This document shows, piece by piece, positions 53,624 to 63,970 of a stretch of DNA of 64,000 bases. The notes below the pieces were generated by a model, which ran no database searches, was not told where the DNA came from, and saw only the letters and a program-made list of their open reading frames with translations. A program made the translations under genes and the position numbers. Position 1 is the stretch's first letter; every line of letters starts with the position of its first letter. This DNA is from a virus (Duplodnaviria > Heunggongvirae > Uroviricota > Caudoviricetes), in IMG/VR virus record IMGVR_UViG_3300031758_000002; one strand, written 5' to 3'.

Positions 53624-55999
53624 TTATTGATATACCTTTGAAATATTATCTTCTTTTCTAATCTTAACGATGGTGTCCGCCCACTGATTAACCATTGGGT
53701 TGTGTGTAATGACAAATATTTTCTCAAAATATTCTTTAATTTTAATAAAGAATTCTGAAACCATTTCCAAATTGTCGTTAGATATTTTTCCGAACACCTC
53801 ATCAAAGACAATTATATTTGGTTTTGGTAACGAACAAATCTTACTTAATACTGATCTCAATGCCAATGATGCAATTGTTTTTTCATAACCTGAACCTGAT
53901 GTCATTAATTTCTCAACACCAGTACCGTTGTCAATCATCATAAACTCAACTTCATTCTTATCGTTAATTCTAACTTCAAGTTTGAAGTATGAACTATCCT
54001 CCATTAGTCTTTGAAGTTCTGAGTTTATTATCGGCATCATAGTTTTCATTATGATTTTAGATATCCCATTTTTACCGAACGCCTCCAAATATATTTTATA
54101 TAATTTTTCTTTTTCAGATTCCTCCTGAATTTTGATTATTGTATTTAAATTATTTTTAATCTTATCTTCCAACGAGGTGATTTGGTAAGTATTATTATTG
54201 ATTAGTGTTTGTTTTTGAGTCTTTTCTCTTTCAAGTTCCTCAATTCTAATACCTGCTTTTAACAACATACCCTCAATCTTCTCATTTTCCTTAATTTTTT
54301 CAATCAATTCGTTATACCTTCCTAATTTTTGTTTTAAATTTTCAATTTTAAGATTATAACTCTCAATACTCAAATCATATTTTTCTTTAATAAGTTTGTT
54401 TTTCTCATACTCATCAAACTCTTTTTTAAGTTGTACAAATGCCTGTTCTTTGCCTGATAAAACCGTCATTAACCCCTCTTTTTCCTCTTTTTGCCTATTA
54501 TAACCATCAAGTTCGGCAATTTTAGATTGGGTGATTGATGCCATCATTAAATCAATACCACAGTGTTCGCATTTAATTCCACCATCAACGGAACTCTTTA
54601 ATTCCTCAATTGATTTAATCTTACTCTCAACTTGGATTTTTTCCTTGAATACTTCGTTATATTCTTCTTTAACCTTATCGTGTTGATCCTCATAATAAAA
54701 AGAAGATGGTTCAACTACCTGTAATTCATTTGACTTCTTAATGATGTCACCTTTTTGATACTCAAATGAGTTAATCTCATCTTGTACCTTATCAGGGTTT
54801 GTTTGAGCAATATCATTATCTATATCAGTATGTTTCTTTTTTAACATATCGTCACGATAATCCTTACCCTTTGTTAAGTTTACTTCAACTTGATTAAGTT
54901 CGTCTTTCAATGTATCAATACTAGTTTTAAAATTTTCAATATCAGTTTCATATTGTTCATTATCACTTTTTAATTGCTCAGTATTATAAACATTAGATAA
55001 CATTGATTTAGAAAAATCAGAATAAATTTGTTTTGCAGATTCTTCTTTTTTCTTTAAAAACTCCAACCCCATAAACCTTGAGAGTACCTGTCCTCTTGCC
55101 GTTGGTTTTGATTCCAAAAGGTCCTCAAGATTTGTTGCGGTGGTTAAAATTGTCATTAAGAAATCATCTTTAGAACCGATTGATGTTTTAATGAATTGTT
55201 CGGTTTCTCGTCTTTGTTCACCAGTAAAGTTTTGTAAACTACCGTCGGAAAGTTTTTTGAAGAAGTCTAATTCGGTTTTAACATTCCATTCACCTTTCTT
55301 AGACATTTTTCTTTCGATGTTTCTAACAATAATATATTCTTCACCATCAATAATAATTTCACCCTTTACAACTACCGAGTTTTTATCGGTAAATCGATTA
55401 AAGATTTCTTCCGCCTTTGATGTTTTTGTTGTCTCATTAAAGAATAGGAACATTAATAAATCCACCGATAATACTGTCTTACCACCAAAGTTAGGTGGAT
55501 TAGATTCAACTACTGTAATACCATTACATTTATCAAAATCAATACGCTGATTATCACCATATGATAAGAAATTAGAGAATTCAATATTTTTGATATACCA
55601 TTTCTTAAATGATGAGGTTTCATCTTCTGATTCAGACATTTTATTCTCAACCATTCTATTGATTGACATAACCTCATCAATACGATTTTCATACCCCTTA
55701 GACTTAAGAAATTGTTTCAACAAATCAGTTTGATAATTTGTGTCCATAATGTTTACAGACACATCAACACTTTGCATAGTATCTTCCTGAATGTTTTTAA
55801 CTTTTGTGATAACATTCACATTAGTGGAACCGTACTTCTTTTGGAAGTAATGTTTAACACTCTTAATCTTATCTTGTGTGAAATTCTCTGAAATGTCTTC
55901 CCATACTACTTGAATAGGTGGGTTTTCAAATTTAGAAAACTCTAAATCTTTTATCATAATTTTATAATTAAATGTTTTTGGTGGATTAAACAGATCCAT
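53624..55999 (-). CDS. SbcC/Rad50-like recombination ATPase (T4 gp46-like) with about 130-aa N-terminal extension
   Basis: N-terminal strand IKNIEFSNFLSYG and degenerate P-loop NFGGKT. Central long coiled coils. CEHCG hook-like CxxC. C-terminal signature SGYEKTIASLALRS and Walker B IIVFDEV. Confidence 0.65.
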   Translation of the reverse strand: MDLFNPPKTFNYKIMIKDLEFSKFENPPIQVVWEDISENFTQDKIKSVKHYFQKKYGSTNVNVITKVKNIQEDTMQSVDVSVNIMDTNYQTDLLKQFLKSKGYENRIDEVMSINRMVENKMSESEDETSSFKKWYIKNIEFSNFLSYGDNQRIDFDKCNGITVVESNPPNFGGKTVLSVDLLMFLFFNETTKTSKAEEIFNRFTDKNSVVVKGEIIIDGEEYIIVRNIERKMSKKGEWNVKTELDFFKKLSDGSLQNFTGEQRRETEQFIKTSIGSKDDFLMTILTTATNLEDLLESKPTARGQVLSRFMGLEFLKKKEESAKQIYSDFSKSMLSNVYNTEQLKSDNEQYETDIENFKTSIDTLKDELNQVEVNLTKGKDYRDDMLKKKHTDIDNDIAQTNPDKVQDEINSFEYQKGDIIKKSNELQVVEPSSFYYEDQHDKVKEEYNEVFKEKIQVESKIKSIEELKSSVDGGIKCEHCGIDLMMASITQSKIAELDGYNRQKEEKEGLMTVLSGKEQAFVQLKKEFDEYEKNKLIKEKYDLSIESYNLKIENLKQKLGRYNELIEKIKENEKIEGMLLKAGIRIEELEREKTQKQTLINNNTYQITSLEDKIKNNLNTIIKIQEESEKEKLYKIYLEAFGKNGISKIIMKTMMPIINSELQRLMEDSSYFKLEVRINDKNEVEFMMIDNGTGVEKLMTSGSGYEKTIASLALRSVLSKICSLPKPNIIVFDEVFGKISNDNLEMVSEFFIKIKEYFEKIFVITHNPMVNQWADTIVKIRKEDNISKVYQ

Positions 56000-56002
56000 T
56001 TA

Positions 56003-56281
56003 TTATTGTTCTTCGTCTTCAAATGTGGTAGTTTCTTTAATAAGGGTTCCTTCACCAACAGTTTCAATGTCTATGGTGTTTTCTACCTCATTAGGATCAA
56101 CCACACTAAACTGAACAGGTTGATCACCCACTTGAACATTCAACTCCTCGTTTTCTTGGAATTTTTCCATTTGTTCTTGAAGAAGTTTATTAAATGCTCT
56201 TTGCATTTTACCTTTCTCTTCGGCAATTCTCTGATTTCTTTTTACCACTTTCGCTCTGTGTTCTTTCTTTGCTTTTCCCAT
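56003..56281 (-). CDS. hypothetical K/E-rich protein (92 aa)
   Basis: ORF. Confidence 0.3.
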   Translation of the reverse strand: MGKAKKEHRAKVVKRNQRIAEEKGKMQRAFNKLLQEQMEKFQENEELNVQVGDQPVQFSVVDPNEVENTIDIETVGEGTLIKETTTFEDEEQ

Positions 56282-56291
56282 TTTTACTTAT

Positions 56292-56645
56292 TTATAAAAC
56301 ATTATTATTAGGTCGATTTTCTTCAAACCATTCTACTATACCATTAAACGCCCATACAAATCCTGATGCTAACATACCATCAAAAAATATAGATGCGTAC
56401 TGATTTAATCCTATAATTTCATGCCAAGGTGAATACGCAACCAATGACATAAAAAATCCTACCCAAGTTGATGTACACATCATGCAGGACACTAAATCAG
56501 ATATGAACTTAAAGAAGTCACTTATTACTGGTATTCCACTATTACCTGTGTTTTTAAACCAATCTCTTATTCCTTGAAATATTGATCCGTAAACCAATAT
56601 ATTTGACATTCCATATGCCGCTAATAACCAAATTAATATCATCAT
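56292..56645 (-). CDS. membrane protein (117 aa, about 3 TM)
   Basis: Hydrophobic helices. Confidence 0.35.
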   Translation of the reverse strand: MMILIWLLAAYGMSNILVYGSIFQGIRDWFKNTGNSGIPVISDFFKFISDLVSCMMCTSTWVGFFMSLVAYSPWHEIIGLNQYASIFFDGMLASGFVWAFNGIVEWFEENRPNNNVL

Positions 56646-57370
56646 AATCTTCGTGTTAAGTTTGAACCTTTGAGGTATACAGCACCTTGGCTTACCTTCA
56701 TAGATTCTAATTGTTTATTTATTTCTTCTAATTCTTCAATTTTTTTGTCTTTTAATGATAGTTCTTTTCTAAGTTTCTGTAAAGTTTCTCCCATCATTTT
56801 TAACTTTTCATTATTTTCAACTTCTTTAATTACCTCTACCTCCTTGATAATTTCAACAGGAGGTTTGTCTAAAAGTTCGTCTAAATTATGTCTAAGTTCG
56901 TCTAATTCTTCATCCTTTTTAGACATTTCATTTTGGAAAAAATTTTCCATTTCTTCGGTTTTAGTGGAAAATTTTTGTCTTTCTTTTTCTAATTCCTCAT
57001 TTAAGTGGAAAATTTTTTCCGTTAATTCGTTCTCACTAGACTTGTCACTAATATATTCTATTTTTGTGACAACTTTTTCAACAGGGACTTCCTTAATAAT
57101 TTCAATGGGTACTTCTCTAACCACCTCAACTATTTTCTCCACCTCTTTGATAACCTCAATAGGAACTTCCACCCGTTTTTCAACAATCACTTCTTTTATT
57201 AATTGTTTTTCCTCAACAACATCCGTTTTTAAGTCTTTTTCACCTTCATTAAGTGTTTCTCCCAAAAGTCCGTATTTTTCAATATTAAATCCATCAGTAA
57301 AACATTTTTTGATGAATTTATCTATATCGTCAATTTTGTTTAATTCACAAAATGCAGACACTGTCTGCAT
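56642..57370 (-). CDS. coiled-coil protein with EVPIE(V/I)IKEV-type internal repeats
   Basis: Repeats VEVPIEVIKEVEKIVEVVREVPIEIIKEVPVEKVV and later PPVEIIKEVEVIKEVEN. Start trimmed to an internal Met to avoid overlap with the upstream gene. Confidence 0.4.
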   Translation of the reverse strand: MQTVSAFCELNKIDDIDKFIKKCFTDGFNIEKYGLLGETLNEGEKDLKTDVVEEKQLIKEVIVEKRVEVPIEVIKEVEKIVEVVREVPIEIIKEVPVEKVVTKIEYISDKSSENELTEKIFHLNEELEKERQKFSTKTEEMENFFQNEMSKKDEELDELRHNLDELLDKPPVEIIKEVEVIKEVENNEKLKMMGETLQKLRKELSLKDKKIEELEEINKQLESMKVSQGAVYLKGSNLTRRL

Positions 57371-57380
57371 TGTTTTTTTA

Positions 57381-58181
57381 TTAAAGATTTTTGAGTAATT
57401 CGGTTCCATTTTCAATATCCTCAAATGATTTAATTTCAAACTTTAAAAATGGCTTGGGGTTGAATAAGTCCGTATAGTTATATTCTTTTGTTTCTAAATT
57501 ATAAACTCCATATCCATGTCTACCAATACTTTCACCAATATTTTGTTGTATTGGGCTACCTATCATATAACCTTTACCCGTTTTAAAGTTAAATTCTTGT
57601 CTTTTATGGATATCACCACATAATACAACATCAAGTCCATTGAACTTTTCAACATCATACGCCTCCTCTCCAAAGTCAAATCCCAAATCGGTTTTCATTC
57701 CTTGAATTGGTCCGTGAAACAATCCCACTTTTATTCCTGTTGCAACATTCAAATCAGGAGGAATATTCCCTTGATATTGCGAGTACACACACCAACTAAT
57801 ATTCTCATCTTCATACACACCTCTATCTCTATAATAGAAAATGTTTTTATTATTTAACGAATTAATGATTGGTGTAAGTGCGTCTAATCTTTCAACATTG
57901 TTTACAAGGAAATCGTGATTACCAGGTATAATGATTGTTGGTGCAATAAATGAACATTCCAAAAGCAACCACCGAACCATTTCAATAAGTTCGGGAGTCA
58001 TTTGATTTTTAGAGTGAACCAAATCACCAGTGAATACAATTCTATCAGGATTGATTTCTCTCCATTGGTTAATCGCATCTTCCATTATTGACTTATACAA
58101 ATCATGATCTTTATAAAGACGAATGTGTAAATCAGAAAAGTGTATTATTTTTTTTATCATTCTGTGTCTTTTGTACCGCAA
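57381..58181 (-). CDS. Mre11/SbcD-like metallophosphoesterase nuclease (T4 gp47-like)
   Basis: MPP motifs IIHFSDLHI, FTGDLVH, IIPGNHDF, GLFHGPIQG and LCGDIH. Confidence 0.7.
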   Translation of the reverse strand: MRYKRHRMIKKIIHFSDLHIRLYKDHDLYKSIMEDAINQWREINPDRIVFTGDLVHSKNQMTPELIEMVRWLLLECSFIAPTIIIPGNHDFLVNNVERLDALTPIINSLNNKNIFYYRDRGVYEDENISWCVYSQYQGNIPPDLNVATGIKVGLFHGPIQGMKTDLGFDFGEEAYDVEKFNGLDVVLCGDIHKRQEFNFKTGKGYMIGSPIQQNIGESIGRHGYGVYNLETKEYNYTDLFNPKPFLKFEIKSFEDIENGTELLKNL

Positions 58182-58411
58182 TAAATTTCATACGGTGGGT
58201 TATACGGATTCGGTTTTATTGGTAATGGATTAATATCTCTATATCTTTTGAAGTCATCAATCCACTTTTGTTCATCACTAATAACTTCACCCATTTTTTC
58301 AACAATAGGTGTAATATCTATATGTTTATTTTCAAGTTTACCAGCAAGATAACCTTCTAACCAAATATAAAATTCTCTATGTGTCATTTTAATCAAACAA
58401 TTTAAAATCAA
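58157..58411 (-). CDS. hypothetical protein (84 aa)
   Basis: ORF. Confidence 0.3.
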   Translation of the reverse strand: MILNCLIKMTHREFYIWLEGYLAGKLENKHIDITPIVEKMGEVISDEQKWIDDFKRYRDINPLPIKPNPYNPPYEIYCGTKDTE

Positions 58412-58604
58412 TATTCACATGACCACAATCATTACACATATATGTTGGGAATGGTACTAATGTATCTTCCGAACTTCCTGTCATTAATTTAGGCACTTTT
58501 TTAATTAAAACAACCTCCTTAAAGAATTTACATTTACATTTTTCACACTCAACGGTTTCTTGTTGTTTTAAATCAATTTTAGGTCTAATAATATTATCTT
58601 CCAT
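58389..58604 (-). CDS. zinc-ribbon protein (71 aa)
   Basis: CEKCKC...CNDCGH. Confidence 0.35.
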   Translation of the reverse strand: MEDNIIRPKIDLKQQETVECEKCKCKFFKEVVLIKKVPKLMTGSSEDTLVPFPTYMCNDCGHVNIDFKLFD

Positions 58605-58608
58605 AGTT

Positions 58609-58860
58609 TTAATCTTCTAAATATAATGTGAATGTTTCATCACCCATTTTATCTTTAATAATTTCTTGTCCAAACTGAATTTCATCAACTAAACTTCCTT
58701 CTGAACCATCTTTAATTTCAAATTCATACATATTTTCATTCAAATAATCAATGATTTCTTCATTTGTCATTCCTTCCAATTCAGGATAATCTTCTGGGTT
58801 AATTTCAATTGGTTCATATGATTCCCACATTTCATATGATCTTGTCATTCTAATTTTCAT
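58609..58860 (-). CDS. hypothetical acidic protein (83 aa)
   Basis: ORF. Confidence 0.3.
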   Translation of the reverse strand: MKIRMTRSYEMWESYEPIEINPEDYPELEGMTNEEIIDYLNENMYEFEIKDGSEGSLVDEIQFGQEIIKDKMGDETFTLYLED

Positions 58861-58971
58861 TTTATAATATAATTAATTTTTATTTTATATGGTAACTCGT
58901 GATCCCACGATGTTGTATATACCCATATTAATTCCACTGAATTTTCCATATTTAATTATAATTAAATTAAT

Positions 58972-59829
58972 TTATTTTTTCAAGTATTTTGACATATCCA
59001 TATTCAAAATAGTATTGATAACTTCTTTAGGTACTCTAAATTCTTCAAACTTACCTTCATCACTCAAATGAACAATAATACCACCATATAATTTGGTATT
59101 TTCATACTTAGAACCTTTTAACATTTTCAATATTAACTTTGAATAGAACGGTAACTGTGTAAAGTAGTGCCCTAAGGCGTTATCACTCAAACTTTGAAAT
59201 GGTGGTTTCATTTTTTTGGTAAAGATGTTATCCTCAAAATTTTTCTTTTTGTTTGTCTTCCAATCGGTAATAATTAAACCAAATTCAGTACCTTCTCTAT
59301 TCATTATTAACCAAAATTTATCTGGTTGTCCAACATATCCAATCTCATTACACCCTAATACTATTTCAGTATCCAATAATACAGCTCCCCTTTCTTTCAT
59401 CAATTCCAAAAAATCAGTACCCGCATGAATCATAGAATCTCCCTTTAATATTTGTGTGAAATCACAATCAAATATTGGTTGTCTAACCTCCTTTTCAATT
59501 CCAAACATTTCTAAGGATTTTTGTTCAAGAAAGAAGTGGACTCTAGAACCCATATTTGTAGAATAGGTTCCCGCATCTGACCATTCTTTCAATAAACGAG
59601 CCTTTTCTTCAGGGTCACCTTTAGCCTTCTTTTCAGCAATTCCATCCGAGTCAAATTCGGTATAAAATAACTTCATCACTTTTGATACTGACGGCCAATC
59701 ACTTCTCAAGTTACCCGATGAATCAATCATTGTGTATGTGTGACTATCTTCCTCAAAAGTTAATTGTAGTTCCTTTTGTTTGTTTTCAATAATCTCTCTT
59801 ATCTCCTTTGCAATTTCTTTTAAATCCAT
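58972..59829 (-). CDS. PD-(D/E)xK family nuclease (phage exonuclease / Cas4-YqaJ-like fold)
   Basis: GQPDKFWL...GLIITDWKT gives PD...(D)-x-K spacing typical of the family. Confidence 0.45.
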   Translation of the reverse strand: MDLKEIAKEIREIIENKQKELQLTFEEDSHTYTMIDSSGNLRSDWPSVSKVMKLFYTEFDSDGIAEKKAKGDPEEKARLLKEWSDAGTYSTNMGSRVHFFLEQKSLEMFGIEKEVRQPIFDCDFTQILKGDSMIHAGTDFLELMKERGAVLLDTEIVLGCNEIGYVGQPDKFWLIMNREGTEFGLIITDWKTNKKKNFEDNIFTKKMKPPFQSLSDNALGHYFTQLPFYSKLILKMLKGSKYENTKLYGGIIVHLSDEGKFEEFRVPKEVINTILNMDMSKYLKK

Positions 59830-60728
59830 TAATCTCGTATTTCAATATAATAATCATTTATTTCTCCCTTCAAATCACAAACATCCTTATCATCAGGTAA
59901 TTTGATAATTTTTATTCTACCCCATAGAACTCCACCATTTAATTCGTGATAAAGTTTAACTGCGTTAACCCACGCATCAGCATCCAAACAAATAATAATA
60001 TCACCTTTAGCTTTATTATATATTGATTCAAACAATAATTCTGACATATGTTTTCCGAGCATTGGTATTGAGTTTTCTAAGAAAATCCCGTCAAAAGCAC
60101 CTTCAACAAGGTATATATCTTTGTTCCAATCAATTAAATTTTCCCAAAAAATAATTTTTTCTTTCTCGGCTTCGGGATTTCGGTATTTAGCTTTAGTATA
60201 CGGATCCCAACTTCTACCTATGTAATAGTTAAGTTCTCCTTTTGCACTATAAGATGGAATAATTATCCTACCAGAATGACTACCATTATCACAGAACCCA
60301 ATTTGGTATTTTTCAATCATATAATCGGAAATTCCCCGATTATATAGGTAATTTATTGCTTGTTGTCTAATTGGATATCTTGGATTAACATCCTTAAATA
60401 ACTTATACTCTTTTGGTAGTTGGACTTTAGGTTTTTTCTTTTCTTTCACCTGAACAGTTTCAGGTTTAAGGATGTTATATAATTTTTTATGTTTTTTATT
60501 CCCGTATTTATCAAAAAGTTTACCCAAAGATCCGTGCGTACCCTCACTTTCAGAACAAGACCAACATTTATAAACATTTGTAAAATAATTTACCTCAAGG
60601 TTGGATTTGTTTCTATCGTCGTCACATACGGGGCAATTGAAGGATATTTGTCCTCTATTTGGGTAGTGTAATCCGTGATCCCCCAAAACATCCTCCAATA
60701 ATTCAACCAAAGATTCATTTTCATCCAT
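59829..60728 (-). CDS. DNA primase, DnaG-type (zinc ribbon plus TOPRIM)
   Basis: Zn ribbon CPVCDD...CWSC near the N-terminus. TOPRIM residues YLVEGAFDGIFL (Glu) and ICLDADAWVNA (DxD). Confidence 0.7.
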   Translation of the reverse strand: MDENESLVELLEDVLGDHGLHYPNRGQISFNCPVCDDDRNKSNLEVNYFTNVYKCWSCSESEGTHGSLGKLFDKYGNKKHKKLYNILKPETVQVKEKKKPKVQLPKEYKLFKDVNPRYPIRQQAINYLYNRGISDYMIEKYQIGFCDNGSHSGRIIIPSYSAKGELNYYIGRSWDPYTKAKYRNPEAEKEKIIFWENLIDWNKDIYLVEGAFDGIFLENSIPMLGKHMSELLFESIYNKAKGDIIICLDADAWVNAVKLYHELNGGVLWGRIKIIKLPDDKDVCDLKGEINDYYIEIRD

Positions 60729-60815
60729 AAATTATAATATAAACATAAATTATGGAATAATCAAACTTCACAAGTTTTTACATTCCTTTATATTTATCTA
60801 AGATAACAATAGTAA

Positions 60816-61037
60816 ATGCCAACAGATATAACAATAAATAATATTTCAGGTTCAACACCATTTGATGTTTATGTATGTGATACAGGATACACAAGTTGTA
60901 TTTATGTATCAACAATCGTAAGTGGTGACTTACCATATACCTTTGAGATTCCACCAGTGTACTCATCTTTAACTGATTTTATAGTTAAAATTGTGGATGA
61001 TAATAATTGTGTTGTAACTGACACCGTAACCGTTTAA
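60816..61037 (+). CDS. hypothetical small protein (73 aa), probably co-transcribed with the Thr/Pro-linker protein
   Basis: ORF ending 2 bp before the next gene. A competing antisense ORF 60778..60966 was judged less likely. Confidence 0.3.
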   Translation: MPTDITINNISGSTPFDVYVCDTGYTSCIYVSTIVSGDLPYTFEIPPVYSSLTDFIVKIVDDNNCVVTDTVTV

Positions 61038-61039
61038 GT

Positions 61040-62152
61040 ATGTCTTGTTTTGGTCAATATTGTGTAAGTGGTACTTCATCATCTTTTGATGGTACATATT
61101 TTTCCGCAGGTACTTACGATGCGGGTTATGATTATTTCACAGGAGATACATATACTATTTATTATTCAACAGGACAAACTCAATGGTGTTTAGCATTAAC
61201 TTTAGGGGATCCAAATTGTTTATTATTTGGTAAATCACCTTGTGTAAGTTCTTGTCCTGATTTATGTGATGAACTTTTTAGTTCGGGTATTTGCCCTACA
61301 CCAACTCCATCACCAAGTGCTGCTTGTTCAATAGATTTTGATGCGATTTTTGATTGTGATGTACCCACAACACAAACTCCAACTCCGACACCAACTCCGA
61401 CATTAACCCCAACAATGACACCAACCTCAACAAACCCTTGTGGTGGGATCGGTATTAATGTTTCGGGTATTACATATACACCAACTCCAACACCAACTCC
61501 AACATTAACTCCAACACCTTCACCTGAAATTACCAGACCATGTAATTATACAGGTTTAGTAACATTTAACACTCTTGATGATTATATTAAATGTCCAAAT
61601 AGCAAACAATTCAAAGATTGTTTAAATGGATTTATTTATTCAACCACTGATGTTATATTAAACCCGACAGGTGGTACTCCAGTAATTGGTATGGTATATG
61701 AGGCGGAAGTGAATGAGATAGATGTTTGTATTGAGTACATTGGTACTGCGGATAATATTAGTGGTGTTGATATTATAGTCTTGAACACTGAGAATGGTTT
61801 AGTTTCTGAAGGAGGATGTCTTGTTTGTATTCCACCTGTTAGTTCAACTCCAACACCTACACCAACACCTACACCTACATTAACACCAACTCAAACTCCT
61901 GATGTTTGTTGTGAGTATAAAGTAACTAATTTACTATATACTGCAAATACTTTTAATATTAAAAACTGTAGTAATAACGAGACTCAAGTAATAAACATAA
62001 ATGGTGGTTCAACAATTACTGTAAAATCATATAAGATACCTGTAGGTAATAACATTAATATAGTTTTTATTGATTGTCCTTGTGTTACATTAACTCCGAC
62101 ACCAACTCCGACATTGACTCAAACACCAACACCAACTCCGAGTTCACCATAA
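61040..62152 (+). CDS. Cys-rich modular protein with (TP)n linkers; putative virion fibre/adhesin-type structural protein
   Basis: Four TPTPTPTPTLTPT-type linkers separate Cys-containing modules. Rich in T, N and G. Confidence 0.45.
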   Translation: MSCFGQYCVSGTSSSFDGTYFSAGTYDAGYDYFTGDTYTIYYSTGQTQWCLALTLGDPNCLLFGKSPCVSSCPDLCDELFSSGICPTPTPSPSAACSIDFDAIFDCDVPTTQTPTPTPTPTLTPTMTPTSTNPCGGIGINVSGITYTPTPTPTPTLTPTPSPEITRPCNYTGLVTFNTLDDYIKCPNSKQFKDCLNGFIYSTTDVILNPTGGTPVIGMVYEAEVNEIDVCIEYIGTADNISGVDIIVLNTENGLVSEGGCLVCIPPVSSTPTPTPTPTPTLTPTQTPDVCCEYKVTNLLYTANTFNIKNCSNNETQVININGGSTITVKSYKIPVGNNINIVFIDCPCVTLTPTPTPTLTQTPTPTPSSP

Positions 62153-62207
62153 AAAAAAATATCGTCTAAAAAGACGATATTTCAAATTATCCTTTATCTA
62201 ACCGATA

Positions 62208-62816
62208 TTATTTCCAAATTTCTTTTGAGTTCATATATCCTAATACACAGGTATAAGCATCGGTTTGATCAAAATTTTCTTTCTTTAAGGTGTTATTTTT
62301 AGTGTACAACCATTGGATTTGAGGTTCTTTTTTTGCCACTAAATCCCAAATAATTTGTTTCTTATCTATGTCTTTTGGAAGTCCCCCAAATAAAACATGC
62401 TTACCTTTATCATTAGGTTGTACTAATTCAGGGAATGCAAATTTTCTTGAGTTATATGTTGATATAAATTCGGGAACTATACCTAACGCATCATAAATTT
62501 CTTTACATATTAATGTGTTAAATCTTAAAAGAGTTTGAATTGTATAGACATTATTTGAGTTCAACAACGGTTCCTCAATAACTACATTAACAATCCCTAA
62601 ATTTTTATATTCGGATAATTTTGTTCTGAATATTTCAGATTTAAGTAACAACTCCATCATTTTATTATCTCCAAAGTCTTTTGCTTTTGGTCTTGGTGAG
62701 ATGTGAGTTAATTCTAATAATTCTTGTTCTTTAATATCAAATAATGCCCACCCAATGGTTCTTGTTGAGACATCTAGTCCAAGGACTTTTGGTGAATTTT
62801 TAATAGTTTTAGTCAT
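62208..62816 (-). CDS. RuvC-like (RNase H fold) Holliday-junction resolvase
   Basis: N-terminal VLGLDVSTRTIGWALFD (catalytic Asp) and VVIEEPLL (ExQ-like Glu motif). 202 aa. Confidence 0.5.
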   Translation of the reverse strand: MTKTIKNSPKVLGLDVSTRTIGWALFDIKEQELLELTHISPRPKAKDFGDNKMMELLLKSEIFRTKLSEYKNLGIVNVVIEEPLLNSNNVYTIQTLLRFNTLICKEIYDALGIVPEFISTYNSRKFAFPELVQPNDKGKHVLFGGLPKDIDKKQIIWDLVAKKEPQIQWLYTKNNTLKKENFDQTDAYTCVLGYMNSKEIWK

Positions 62817-62866
62817 AAAAAATGATTTATTAATAATATAACAACTATTAATTAAAATTAAAGTTT

Positions 62867-63970
62867 TTAGAAATCTAACTTAACTACGAACTGTTGGATA
62901 CCTTGTCTTAGAACTGGTGATTGTAGTTTGGACATTACTAATATATCTTTATTTCTATCCAATAATGCAATCTCAGTAATATATGATTTAGTTCCTTGAG
63001 TCCAAGTAGGATTTGATGTGTTTAAGAATTCAGCATTACTCAAATTAATCTTATATTTCATTTCATATATTGTTGCTTGGATATCTGTTTCCAAACCACC
63101 ATAAAAATAAAATTCATCACCAAAATTTAATGTTTCACCTGTGGATCCTAATGTAGTTAAGGATATGTAATTATTTAAATTATAATATGGTGCTGCGTTG
63201 TATAATTCAGGTGTAATTACGAATGTCGTGCCTGTAATACCATCTTGAGTTAAATATCCATTAATTGTTGACGCACTAATAACATCGGTATAATCAATTA
63301 TTCTCCATTGAGTTGAGTCAGGTCTATTTCCTGTTATAACTTTTTGACACAGAATTTCAAAATTAGTACCAAAATATCCTTGAGGTAAGTAGTTACAAGA
63401 AGTAATACAAGGTGTTCCAGCACTGTATGAAGGTTGTACCATACATCCGAATTCCGCACCAAATCTTAATGCAACATTTTTAGATGTGTCAGGATTACAA
63501 TCATTATTATTACCGATTACTTTTGAGTAATAATTACAATGTAGTGAATCTGTAAAACCAGTTTGATTTGTGAATCTATAAGTCACATACATAGTTTCGT
63601 TATTTCCTGTTAAGATACCATCTACCGTTGTTGTTGGTGTTCCACAAGTATTTGGGGTTACTAAGGAAACTTGAGGTGCTGGTAAAGTCCAGTTTCTATT
63701 TGACTTATATGACATCGCCGCAATTATTTCCTCATCATCAATAATAACTATCTTACTATCAGGGAATACTTTACCAATTCTACTTGGGTATCCATCAGCA
63801 TTTGCGTGAGTATCCCAAAGATGATAATATCTAATACCAGGTTGATTCATCCCTGAATTTTTATTTGATTGTATGTATTGGACATCAAATAGATTTTTAT
63901 CTTCAAACCCCGCAGGATCAACCCAAAATGTTTCTCCCGAACAACACGCAGGATTTTTATGCCACATCAA
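62867..63970 (-). CDS. hypothetical protein, beta-rich, N/T/G/Y-rich (possible tail fibre / receptor-binding protein)
   Basis: Composition and size only. Confidence 0.35.
   Translation of the reverse strand: MMWHKNPACCSGETFWVDPAGFEDKNLFDVQYIQSNKNSGMNQPGIRYYHLWDTHANADGYPSRIGKVFPDSKIVIIDDEEIIAAMSYKSNRNWTLPAPQVSLVTPNTCGTPTTTVDGILTGNNETMYVTYRFTNQTGFTDSLHCNYYSKVIGNNNDCNPDTSKNVALRFGAEFGCMVQPSYSAGTPCITSCNYLPQGYFGTNFEILCQKVITGNRPDSTQWRIIDYTDVISASTINGYLTQDGITGTTFVITPELYNAAPYYNLNNYISLTTLGSTGETLNFGDEFYFYGGLETDIQATIYEMKYKINLSNAEFLNTSNPTWTQGTKSYITEIALLDRNKDILVMSKLQSPVLRQGIQQFVVKLDF

Noticed and set aside
53611-53811. 66-aa minus-strand ORF overlapping the 3' end of the SbcC-like gene
   Set aside because: Out-of-frame overlap with a conserved C-terminal ATPase region. 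No independent support.
60778-60966. Minus-strand 62-aa ORF overlapping plus-strand 60816..61037
   Set aside because: Only one can be real. The plus-strand ORF is followed 2 bp later by the Thr/Pro-linker gene on the same strand, so plus was preferred. Confidence in either is low.
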